Shown here: positions 8,699 through 16,925 of the stretch, piece by piece
Position numbering within the stretch: position 1 is the stretch's first letter
How the letters are laid out: each line of letters begins with the position of its first letter
Source: a virus
Taxonomy: Duplodnaviria; Caudoviricetes
IMG/VR virus record: IMGVR_UViG_3300031519_003612
Coordinates: 1-29,920 of that record
Direction: 5' to 3' (one strand)
DNA: 29,920 bases
Position numbers and translations under genes: made by a program
The notes under the pieces: generated by a model
What the model saw: only the letters and a program-made list of their open reading frames with translations
Database searches by the model: none
Told to the model about the DNA's origin: nothing

Positions 8699-9433
8699 TT
8701 AATCGCTTCGTCCTGATCTATGCCATTCTATCAATCTTGATGATTTATGTGCCCATAATTCTTTTTTAACACGTTCTTGCGTATGTTTCTTGTCTGGGCT
8801 TGTTAATTTAAAATCTACATTTTTTCGAAGCAACGGACTATTGGGATTAAATCCACGATTAGTGTTTACAAGCAATAAACTAAAATCTTCTTCCTTTGCG
8901 ATTTCAATAGCACGATCTATGTCGTGTTCATTATATCCGAATATAATATATTGCCAAACAATTAGTTGTCCTAGGTCTCTACCCTGGCGCATACGACTCC
9001 ATACTTCATCAAAGTTAGATCCTATACGGTATAGCTCGCTTTTTTTGTCAATACCATCTACACCAAAGTACCATGCGTTTTCTCCTACTCCGTAACTATA
9101 TGCTTCGTTCCACCAAGCATCACTTTTGCCACTACCGACAGTAGCAATTCGAACACGCTTACCTTGTCCGTTGCATATTTTTAAAAGATTTAAAAAATTA
9201 GGATGATAGATGGGATCAGATATTTGTCCACAGAATGTAATACCTTCTGTATAGTAATCAAATATCTTTTGAAAATTCTCCTCAGAAAGGTCGAAAGATC
9301 TACGTATTTGTTCTTGACTTGAGGTCTTTTGACGTATGCATTGCGGGCATCTAAATATACATCTATGAGACGCATCTATGTTAGGTCTGCATACTCTTTG
9401 TTTTTTTACATATTCGTCAGTAATCCTTGCCAT
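8699..9433 (-). CDS. Radical SAM protein
   Basis: CIFRCPQC, FCGQISDP, FGVDG, WQYIIFGYNEH. Start placed at MARITD with GGGG SD (track start 9454). Confidence 0.88.
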   Translation of the reverse strand: MARITDEYVKKQRVCRPNIDASHRCIFRCPQCIRQKTSSQEQIRRSFDLSEENFQKIFDYYTEGITFCGQISDPIYHPNFLNLLKICNGQGKRVRIATVGSGKSDAWWNEAYSYGVGENAWYFGVDGIDKKSELYRIGSNFDEVWSRMRQGRDLGQLIVWQYIIFGYNEHDIDRAIEIAKEEDFSLLLVNTNRGFNPNSPLLRKNVDFKLTSPDKKHTQERVKKELWAHKSSRLIEWHRSGRSD

Positions 9434-9767
9434 TAGCTTGCCCCCTAACTTCAAATCTTTCTTCTGCTTTAACGGCGTCTACATCTATATCAACACCGCA
9501 TTTCTTTTTACACATATATGAAGCATTTTCGGGATTGTTTAATAGTGTTTGAAAAAAGTTTTCCCACTGATCTGATGTAAAAATATCTTCTAATCGTTCG
9601 TTATTAGATAGTAGTAGTTCTTCATCCTTCAAGCCACATGCTTTAACGTGTCGATATACTGGCGGATCGTCCATCCAACAACACGGCAGCATAAACCCGT
9701 CTGATGTGTATGCAGCACCTTTATTATCTCTGGTATTAAATGCTAAACACTTTGGTACAATTTTCAT
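9417..9767 (-). CDS. Stand-alone SPASM/twitch-like Fe-S protein
   Basis: PKC...DGFMLPCC...LEDIF...CKKKC pattern. Confidence 0.7.
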   Translation of the reverse strand: MKIVPKCLAFNTRDNKGAAYTSDGFMLPCCWMDDPPVYRHVKACGLKDEELLLSNNERLEDIFTSDQWENFFQTLLNNPENASYMCKKKCGVDIDVDAVKAEERFEVRGQANGKDY

Positions 9768-10618
9768 TTAAATCTCTCTACGGCAGTTAGTATAGGAGTA
9801 ACATCTGGAATCTTAATGTCTCGCTTCCAGTACACGCTTCCGCCATCTACTATTGTTTTATCTCTAAGGTAAATTACATCTTTACCGTAATACTTGCACT
9901 CTTGGAAAATCCTCGGAGCCGGATCAAATGTGTCTTTAGTGTACACATATGTTTCAAACATTCCCATTAAATTTTCTACAGGGGCAAATACATTATTGTT
10001 GCTTATATGTATATATCCTTCGTTATAGGTTAAAATGCCGTGATCTGGATAATCTGCAATTACTTTTTGAATAGACGCATAGTATTTGTCGTTAGTACCT
10101 AAGAACAAATGTTTAAACTTAATATTGTTAACATGCGGCTTGTAGATACTAAAATTAATAGTCTTTTCAAAGTGTTCGCCTACGCCATTAGGGTATACTT
10201 CGGTGTCGCAAAGATCTACTATTTGTTTTGGATTATAAAACTTAACAGCGTTGGGATATCCTTCAATATGATTCTCTGAATACACACTTATAACTTTGCC
10301 ACTGAATAATCTGCGTAATGATAGCTGTTGCACTGAGGTATAATCGTTAAAGTTTTGCCAGCTTAGGGTCATCATACTTCTGCCCATAATAAGTGTGACA
10401 TCATCATTCGACGCTACATATGTATCCGGAAACCAAATACGATTACAATGAATGTACTTGCGTGTGATAGAATTTATGTAGTCGCGCTGATCATATTTTC
10501 TGTGACAGATGATAACAACTCGTGCAGGATAGCCGGCGTTGTTAAGCATATCACAGTATTCATAACTATAGTATAACAGCCCGTCAACTGGTTTACTTGT
10601 AACTACAATATTAATCAT
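9764..10618 (-). CDS. Hypothetical protein, possibly GT-B glycosyltransferase-like
   Basis: 284-aa ORF with SD AAGGA; C-terminal FDPAPRIFQECKYYGKDV resembles the GT-B nucleotide-sugar binding segment. Confidence 0.45.
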   Translation of the reverse strand: MINIVVTSKPVDGLLYYSYEYCDMLNNAGYPARVVIICHRKYDQRDYINSITRKYIHCNRIWFPDTYVASNDDVTLIMGRSMMTLSWQNFNDYTSVQQLSLRRLFSGKVISVYSENHIEGYPNAVKFYNPKQIVDLCDTEVYPNGVGEHFEKTINFSIYKPHVNNIKFKHLFLGTNDKYYASIQKVIADYPDHGILTYNEGYIHISNNNVFAPVENLMGMFETYVYTKDTFDPAPRIFQECKYYGKDVIYLRDKTIVDGGSVYWKRDIKIPDVTPILTAVERFK

Positions 10619-10640
10619 AAACTATTCCTTTTAATTTAGG

Positions 10641-10669
10641 TTGACGAATTGCATCATATATAGTATAAT
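10641..10669 (+). promoter_or_regulatory. sigma70 promoter for the right arm
   Basis: TTGACG, 17-nt spacer, TATAAT. Confidence 0.75.
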
Positions 10670-10696
10670 TATACTATCATAATAAAGAAAAGTCAA
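10668..10696 (-). promoter_or_regulatory. sigma70 promoter for the left arm
   Basis: TTGACT, 17-nt spacer, TATAAT; its -10 overlaps the plus-strand -10 inside the palindrome 10660-10677. Confidence 0.75.
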
Positions 10697-10701
10697 GAAA
10701 A

Positions 10702-11262
10702 ATGAAAGTAATTACATTAAACGAGTTTGGTGAAGAACGGTTTTTAGAAGCTCTTAATTATTTTAGCCAACAAAACTTTCCGGGAGATAAGCGTAACAGA
10801 AGCTGGTTTGATCGACTTCCTGAAATTTACAAAACAAGATTTCCTGAATGGTTTTTTCTAGTTAACGAAGATGATGAGCTTGTAGCATTTTCTACTATAC
10901 AAGAATATTATCCTAAATGTTATCGAGTATTAACACGCACGTACTACAATCCAAAGTATCGTAGAAGGCACTCAGCATATGAACGAACAGAAAAAACTCC
11001 TGCAATGTGGATGCTAGAAAAGCAACTAGAGTATTTGGCTGGTTACAATACACTGTTCATTTCTATGCAAGATTTTCATAGAAGAAAAATGATAGAACAG
11101 TTAAGAAAAAAACTTGGTCCAGAGTGGAAACTTCATCCCGAAATGGTACAAACATGCAAGGAAGTTGATGATAAAAATTGCTGGCAAAATGTTATTTTTA
11201 CAGGACAAGACATAACTTTGCCAACAATCGCTATAGACAATTGGAAACAAATATACATATAA
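10702..11262 (+). CDS. GNAT-like acyltransferase
   Basis: FFLVNEDDELVAFS and RTYYNPKYRR resemble GNAT motif A. Confidence 0.55.
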   Translation: MKVITLNEFGEERFLEALNYFSQQNFPGDKRNRSWFDRLPEIYKTRFPEWFFLVNEDDELVAFSTIQEYYPKCYRVLTRTYYNPKYRRRHSAYERTEKTPAMWMLEKQLEYLAGYNTLFISMQDFHRRKMIEQLRKKLGPEWKLHPEMVQTCKEVDDKNCWQNVIFTGQDITLPTIAIDNWKQIYI

Positions 11263-11265
11263 ATA
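11258..11265 (+). promoter_or_regulatory. T4-type late promoter TATAAATA
   Basis: Exact consensus, followed by SD AAGGA and TTG start 11284. Confidence 0.65.
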
Positions 11266-11283
11266 TGTAAAAGGACTAAAAAC

Positions 11284-11913
11284 TTGAACAACTTGTACAA
11301 TAACCTAACAGCATACGGACATTTTTCTCCTACTAAGTTAACGATACATGATCCTCGGAAGTTTGTAGACTGGACTGAAGAGAACTTTACGTATGTTCGT
11401 TATAATCCAAGAAAAGAAATTGAAAGATATGGATTAAGTATTACAAGTTTAGACGGAGGAGTATCGGGGTATCCTGATTTAGACAGTTTGCCAGAGTATA
11501 ATAAAGAAAATGAACCGCAGTTGCACGAAACTAACTTTAATGTACCTACACCTGTTTATGACTATCCTGAATTAAAGTTAATTTTAGATCCTATAAAAGA
11601 ACATATTTGTAGGTCTCATGTTTTAAGACTTGACCCTTCGGGTTATTTTCCTCCTCACAGAGATTACAGGAGGGATGTTTTTAATACTTTTAGGTTATTG
11701 ATACCATTAGTAAACATGAATCCGCCCCGTCACAATTTTGTAATTGAAGATAAGATAGTACATTGGGAAGAAGGTGCAATGTATTTTGTTGACACTGCTA
11801 GAATGCATTACTTGTTTAATGCTAGTTTTGAACCTGCATACATGGTGGTGATTAATGCAATACTTAACAAAACAACTGTAGATTATGTAATATCTAATTT
11901 AAAATACATGTAG
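11284..11913 (+). CDS. Fe(II)/2OG oxygenase, Asp/Asn beta-hydroxylase-like
   Basis: FPPHRD...RLLIPL...DTARMHYLFN; TTG start. Confidence 0.85.
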   Translation: MNNLYNNLTAYGHFSPTKLTIHDPRKFVDWTEENFTYVRYNPRKEIERYGLSITSLDGGVSGYPDLDSLPEYNKENEPQLHETNFNVPTPVYDYPELKLILDPIKEHICRSHVLRLDPSGYFPPHRDYRRDVFNTFRLLIPLVNMNPPRHNFVIEDKIVHWEEGAMYFVDTARMHYLFNASFEPAYMVVINAILNKTTVDYVISNLKYM

Positions 11914-11920
11914 GATATAT

Positions 11921-12637
11921 ATGGAGAATACGACAAAACTATTAATCAATCATACTTTTAGTCACTTAATGCTAATACCTGCATTTATATATGGCGAGTG
12001 GTGGATGTTTCTTGCAGCCTTTGCATGGTGGTATGTAATTGCCATTGTTGCTATTAGTGGCGGCTATCATAGATACTACAGTCATAAATCTTTTAGTGCT
12101 GGACGTTGGTATGATTATGCAGTTAATGTATTAGGAATATTTAGTGGTGCTGGCCCTGCAATGACTTGGGCAGGAACACACCGTCAACATCATGCATATA
12201 GTGATACAGAAGACGATCCTCATAGCTATACTCGCAAGGGTTGGTTTGCAGTTTATGTAAACACATGGGGATACGATTTCAAAATCAAACGTCGATTTAT
12301 TAAACGCCTATTAAGTGATAAACTGCTACGATGGTTTTACACTAATTACTTTAAACTTAATATTGCTATCATTGTTGTGTTTACATTAATTGATCCTCTG
12401 TTTATGGTATTTGGTTACGCAGTACCGGTTGTATTAGCGTTTCATGGATACGGATTACTAAATGTGTTAGGCCATCGCGGCGGAAAACCTAATAATACTT
12501 GGGTAGGTAATATACTAACAGCAGGCGAAGGATGGCATGCTAATCATCATAAACGAGGCGGCGACTATAGAATTGGCTGGACCTGGTGGCAATTAGATCC
12601 TACCGCTTGGTTTATAAGAGTAATTAGGACTGATTAA
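11921..12637 (+). CDS. Membrane fatty acid desaturase (delta-9/DesC-like)
   Basis: His boxes HRYYSH, HRQHH, GEGWHANHH; DPHS; hydrophobic segments. Confidence 0.93.
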   Translation: MENTTKLLINHTFSHLMLIPAFIYGEWWMFLAAFAWWYVIAIVAISGGYHRYYSHKSFSAGRWYDYAVNVLGIFSGAGPAMTWAGTHRQHHAYSDTEDDPHSYTRKGWFAVYVNTWGYDFKIKRRFIKRLLSDKLLRWFYTNYFKLNIAIIVVFTLIDPLFMVFGYAVPVVLAFHGYGLLNVLGHRGGKPNNTWVGNILTAGEGWHANHHKRGGDYRIGWTWWQLDPTAWFIRVIRTD

Positions 12638-13290
12638 TGGTTACTTTTGCAACTATCGATGTAGGCATAACTTTTGAAGAAAAACAACAAATGCTAAACG
12701 AAGTTTTAGCACTTGACGATACTGTGCATCATTATAATGAGTTTCGTGGCTGTAGAATGATAGCTATCTATAACGGTGGCGGCAGACTAGGCGGCAGGGT
12801 TACAGGAATTGATACTAAAGCTGGTGAATTTAAATATACTCCTGCAGGAGAACAGTGTACAACTATTCAAAGAGTATGCGAAGAAAAGATTTTTCCTTTT
12901 ATGGATCCTCTAGGAAGAGTGACAATATTAAGAACTGCTCCTAACACCGGACTCAATATACACTTAGATAGTACACTTAAAGAAGTAGGCACTAAGCAAG
13001 ACAAATATAGAGTGGTGCTAAACGGAGCAGTTGATAAATTATTCTTTTTAGATAATCAACTTAATAAAGTATATGTTCCAAATTATTATGATAGCTACAT
13101 ACTTGACGGCAGTCATCCTCATAGCATAGATCCTAGTGTTGAAGAAAAAATAACACTGTGTATTGGTGCCCCTTGGCGCGGCGAAGAAAATAAACTTTAT
13201 ACAAGTTTAATTGAGAAATCGGCATTTAAGATGACAGTAAGCAGACCAACTATTAAGGATGAATGGTTAGATCCTGCCCTTAAAAAATAG
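12637..13290 (+). CDS. Fe(II)/2OG oxygenase-fold protein
   Basis: RVTILRT...LNIHLD...DGSHPHS...KITLC. Confidence 0.75.
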   Translation: MVTFATIDVGITFEEKQQMLNEVLALDDTVHHYNEFRGCRMIAIYNGGGRLGGRVTGIDTKAGEFKYTPAGEQCTTIQRVCEEKIFPFMDPLGRVTILRTAPNTGLNIHLDSTLKEVGTKQDKYRVVLNGAVDKLFFLDNQLNKVYVPNYYDSYILDGSHPHSIDPSVEEKITLCIGAPWRGEENKLYTSLIEKSAFKMTVSRPTIKDEWLDPALKK

Positions 13291-13298
13291 GAAAACAA

Positions 13299-13949
13299 AT
13301 GACTGAAACATGTTTAATAAAAAACTCTCGTAGAAGCAGAGTAAAAGGTACAGGACCACGTCGACATGAAATGCTAACCCATGGTTCTGTTGCTAGTAAT
13401 GTACCACAAGCAGTGATTGATGAAATACTGCAAATTGCAAATAGCTACACAGGTAACGATCTTGGCGGCGACAACTATCAACTTTCACAACATTGTGATG
13501 TAAAGAATGTATTTACATCAAGCGAAACATATAAGCAAATAATACTTCAAGAATGTACATCAGAAAATACAATTGACGAAACAAATTATATGTATTGGCG
13601 GAATGATATAAGCACTACTGCTATAGAAAACTATCTTACAACGGCGTTTGTAAAGCCCTACAGAGCCCGTATAAGCGTTATGCACGGCGGAAACGAGTTA
13701 AACTATCACATAGACACTGATACAAGTGTACTGTGCCGTGTACAAATACCGGCACAAACAACAGGAAGTTTGTTTCAGTGGAAAACAAAAACAGAAGAAG
13801 TTAGTTTAGATATGCAACTAGGCGAAGCATATTTTGTTAATACAGGGTGGTTACACAGAGTAATCAATCCAACAGACAGCATTCGTGTTGTTTTATTATT
13901 TGGCATAGACTACGAAAACTTACCAAACAAAGAAAGTTTAATGGTATGA
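13299..13949 (+). CDS. Fe(II)/2OG oxygenase, Asp/Asn beta-hydroxylase-like
   Basis: RARIS...YHID...RVQIP...NTGWLHRVIN...RVVL. Confidence 0.85.
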   Translation: MTETCLIKNSRRSRVKGTGPRRHEMLTHGSVASNVPQAVIDEILQIANSYTGNDLGGDNYQLSQHCDVKNVFTSSETYKQIILQECTSENTIDETNYMYWRNDISTTAIENYLTTAFVKPYRARISVMHGGNELNYHIDTDTSVLCRVQIPAQTTGSLFQWKTKTEEVSLDMQLGEAYFVNTGWLHRVINPTDSIRVVLLFGIDYENLPNKESLMV

Positions 13950-14674
13950 ACTATGTTGTAAAAAATAGCTGGCAGTTTGATACTAAAAAGATGCAAACTG
14001 AATTACAAATCCTGCTTAACATTAATGAGATTAATGAAAGAAGAATCGGAGGGTTGCATGGTATATCTCTAACTTCGCAAGATGGTTCTTTACAAAGCGG
14101 ATTTGGATTTAATGTTGGTATACAATATCCTAGGTATCCTCATCAAGACTTTTCTAGCAACGATCCTAGAGTATATTTTGATTTAGATTTTGCAAGAGAA
14201 AATAAAGTATATCATATGTTGGATTATAATATTCCTACTACGGCATATACAGGATACTTTAAAGAAATAATCGAATTTTTACATGAAAAGAATATGAATC
14301 CTAGACGATGCAGACTTTCATACCTACCTCCAAATGGAATTATTAATCGCCATACTGATGGTAATTTTTATAGATTTCATATTCCTATACATACCGAAGG
14401 AACAAACTTTGTACACGGTGATATTGATTATATATTAGAAGAGGGTAATAGCTACTTAGCATATGTGCATCCTTATCATTATGTAAAAAATCAAGGTAGT
14501 GCAGATAGATGGCATTTTGTTGCTGATGTTTGGGACACTGAAGGTCATTTTGAAATAGGAAAAGTGTCTAAAGAACAATTAAATATAGAATTAGAAAATG
14601 CAACATTATGGAGAGACTATGTTGACAACAAACGAAATACACCTAATAAGATATTAGTAGGAGAAAAAAATTGA
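13946..14674 (+). CDS. Fe(II)/2OG oxygenase, Asp/Asn beta-hydroxylase-like
   Basis: RCRLS...RHTD...RFHIPI...YHYVKN...DRWHFV. Start placed at the ATGA overlap (track start 13847). Confidence 0.85.
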   Translation: MNYVVKNSWQFDTKKMQTELQILLNINEINERRIGGLHGISLTSQDGSLQSGFGFNVGIQYPRYPHQDFSSNDPRVYFDLDFARENKVYHMLDYNIPTTAYTGYFKEIIEFLHEKNMNPRRCRLSYLPPNGIINRHTDGNFYRFHIPIHTEGTNFVHGDIDYILEEGNSYLAYVHPYHYVKNQGSADRWHFVADVWDTEGHFEIGKVSKEQLNIELENATLWRDYVDNKRNTPNKILVGEKN

Positions 14675-15498
14675 GTGTACATGTTGAGACTAATATAAAC
14701 TTTGCTACTGCATCAGATGAAGAAATTAAACAGTTTGGTAGAAATATTGTAAGAGACAATATAGTAGTAGTTCGAAATCAAAATTTAGACGAGGCTAGAA
14801 TTTTACACATATGTGAAACTATTGGGAATGTACTAAAGCCTAATCAATTTTTTATGCATCCGGATCATCCTGGATTGTTTAGAGTTACAAATGAACGTAA
14901 AGACGGAGAGAAGATTGGCATCTTTGCAGACAAAGAACTTGATTGGCACAGTAACGGCAACGGCCGACCAAGTGGTAATGAAAGTTGTGTAGCACTGTAC
15001 TGTATTAAACCTGGAAAAAATAGTATTACTAGTTTTTGTGATACACGCAGAGCATACAATGAACTTCCGGACGATATTAAAGAAATAGTTGATGATGTAG
15101 ATTGTACATTCCAGTTCAAGAATAATACTTTTTATAAATTAGACCCAGGTGATAAAGAGTTAATTATGTTTGAAAATAAACGTATCTACCCCGAAGGTGT
15201 TACAAAGCCATTAGTATATAATCATCCATACGACAATGGTAAAGGGCTATATTTTACATTTCATTACATTAGAGAAATGTGGAGACGTAGCGGTAAAGAG
15301 TTAGATCAAGAATGGCTAAAGCAATACTTACTTGATCATGTATTTCAAGAGAAGTACATTTATCATCACAATGATTGGCAACCAGGTGACTTTATCTTTA
15401 TGGACCAGTTCCATAGTATACACAAAAGAAATGAAGTCGAAGGAGATCGATTTCTTTATAGAATAAGTTTTGATTATGAAGGAAGTTTTAATGAATAA
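14671..15498 (+). CDS. TauD/TfdA-family dioxygenase with HxN motif
   Basis: VVVRNQ, WHSNG, TSFCDTRRAYNELP, PLVYNHP, WQPGDFIFMDQFHSIHKR, RFLYR; TTG start. Confidence 0.88.
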   Translation: MSVHVETNINFATASDEEIKQFGRNIVRDNIVVVRNQNLDEARILHICETIGNVLKPNQFFMHPDHPGLFRVTNERKDGEKIGIFADKELDWHSNGNGRPSGNESCVALYCIKPGKNSITSFCDTRRAYNELPDDIKEIVDDVDCTFQFKNNTFYKLDPGDKELIMFENKRIYPEGVTKPLVYNHPYDNGKGLYFTFHYIREMWRRSGKELDQEWLKQYLLDHVFQEKYIYHHNDWQPGDFIFMDQFHSIHKRNEVEGDRFLYRISFDYEGSFNE

Positions 15499-16153
15499 TT
15501 TTAGATATATATTTGAAGACAGATTTGCAGAAACAAAAGGATATGACGGATTTAAAGCAGATCAAGAAGAAATAAATCATTTTTTCGAAACTAAAGTAAA
15601 AGGTAAAATTGGAGATCACTCTTCAGTTGGAGTCGACTCTAGCAAACAACATATCTATAATGTTTGCTATGATTGTAATATTCCGCTATGGAATGAGCTA
15701 TACGAGCGTGTAGTAAATGTAGGCAACCGCAGCGGAGTTAAACTAAACTGGGATGAAATAAAACATTGTATGCGATTTACGTTTATTTGGATGCCACCAG
15801 GCGGCGATCTTATTCCTCACACTGCAAATAGATTTAGAGCATTAAGTGCCTTCAATATGCCATTACGCGGTAAAACTGAAATAAGTTTTTACGAACATAC
15901 ATCAGATAATAAGGTAGGAAAAAATTTAGAAACACATGAATACTTTAATCCAAACTTTTTAAATGTAAATAGATTTCACGGTATTGTTAACGATACCGAT
16001 AATGAAAGAATGATATTAAAGTCTCATCTAATGATAGTGCCCTGGCAAAAACTTGTACACGCATATGAAGGTAACGAAGTTGTAAATATGTGGGATTTTA
16101 CAGTTCCGTGGCAACAGCGAGAAATTAAAACACATGAGAAGAATCATGGATAG
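15491..16153 (+). CDS. Fe(II)/2OG oxygenase-fold protein with HxA motif (candidate halogenase)
   Basis: MPPGGDLIPHTA...FNMPL...NVNRFHGIVN...ERMIL. Start placed at 15491 after GGAAG (track start 15470). Confidence 0.7.
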   Translation: MNNFRYIFEDRFAETKGYDGFKADQEEINHFFETKVKGKIGDHSSVGVDSSKQHIYNVCYDCNIPLWNELYERVVNVGNRSGVKLNWDEIKHCMRFTFIWMPPGGDLIPHTANRFRALSAFNMPLRGKTEISFYEHTSDNKVGKNLETHEYFNPNFLNVNRFHGIVNDTDNERMILKSHLMIVPWQKLVHAYEGNEVVNMWDFTVPWQQREIKTHEKNHG

Positions 16154-16925
16154 TCCTACTCAAATACTTGAAGAAGCAAGAGAACTTGGATTTTATGCAC
16201 GACCTAATATTGATATGTCGCGAAAAGAATTCAATATTCTTTGCAGCTCCTTAGGCACGCCGTGGACTAAAGAAATCCACGCACTTCATACTGAAGGATT
16301 TGATGAAGATAATATTGTAAATTGGTCTAATAAAACTCGATTTAACGGGCACAGTCTTCCTTGGCATGCTGATAATCCGTGGCATGCTGAATATAAATTT
16401 CCTTTACGAGCATTCTGGGCAGAAACTATTTCACACTCAAATGACATTGGATATTATCTACATATAACAAATTGGTTTGAATCACAAGATTTGGCTACTA
16501 AAGAATATTTTAGAAGTTTAAAAGTCTTAGTACAAGACTATAAAAACGGATGTCAGCCTTATTGGACTGACTTTGTTAAAACGCATCCTATTACAGGCAA
16601 AGAAAGTTTTAATTGGGGTGCAATGGCGTTGTCTACTGATGTGTTTGGACTTTGTGCTGATGAAGGACTGCGTTTTCCGCACTTTAGTTATACAATGGCA
16701 ATTCAAAAAGACACTAGAGAATTAATTAGCCACAAAGAAATTGCCTCTTGGTTTCAAGATATGATCGACAATAATCATATGACAAGTCATCATTGGCAAG
16801 AAAAAGATTTTGTATTAATGGATAATTGGGTTAGTTTACATTATATAGGGTCTACTAACTATACAGAAGATCGACTATTATGGAGAAAAACAATATGCCA
16901 GCCTTGGCAAAAAATTATTGGGTAA
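16146..16925 (+). CDS. TauD/TfdA-family dioxygenase
   Basis: LPWHAD, HPITGK, WQEKDFVLMDNWVSLH, RLLWR; start 16146 or 16134. Confidence 0.85.
   Translation: MDSPTQILEEARELGFYARPNIDMSRKEFNILCSSLGTPWTKEIHALHTEGFDEDNIVNWSNKTRFNGHSLPWHADNPWHAEYKFPLRAFWAETISHSNDIGYYLHITNWFESQDLATKEYFRSLKVLVQDYKNGCQPYWTDFVKTHPITGKESFNWGAMALSTDVFGLCADEGLRFPHFSYTMAIQKDTRELISHKEIASWFQDMIDNNHMTSHHWQEKDFVLMDNWVSLHYIGSTNYTEDRLLWRKTICQPWQKIIG

Noticed and set aside
11921-16925. Complete isonitrile (ScoA-E type) or terminal-alkyne (JamABC/Bes type) pathway
   Set aside because: No acyl carrier protein, acyl-AMP ligase, thioesterase or BesB/BesC-like gene is visible.
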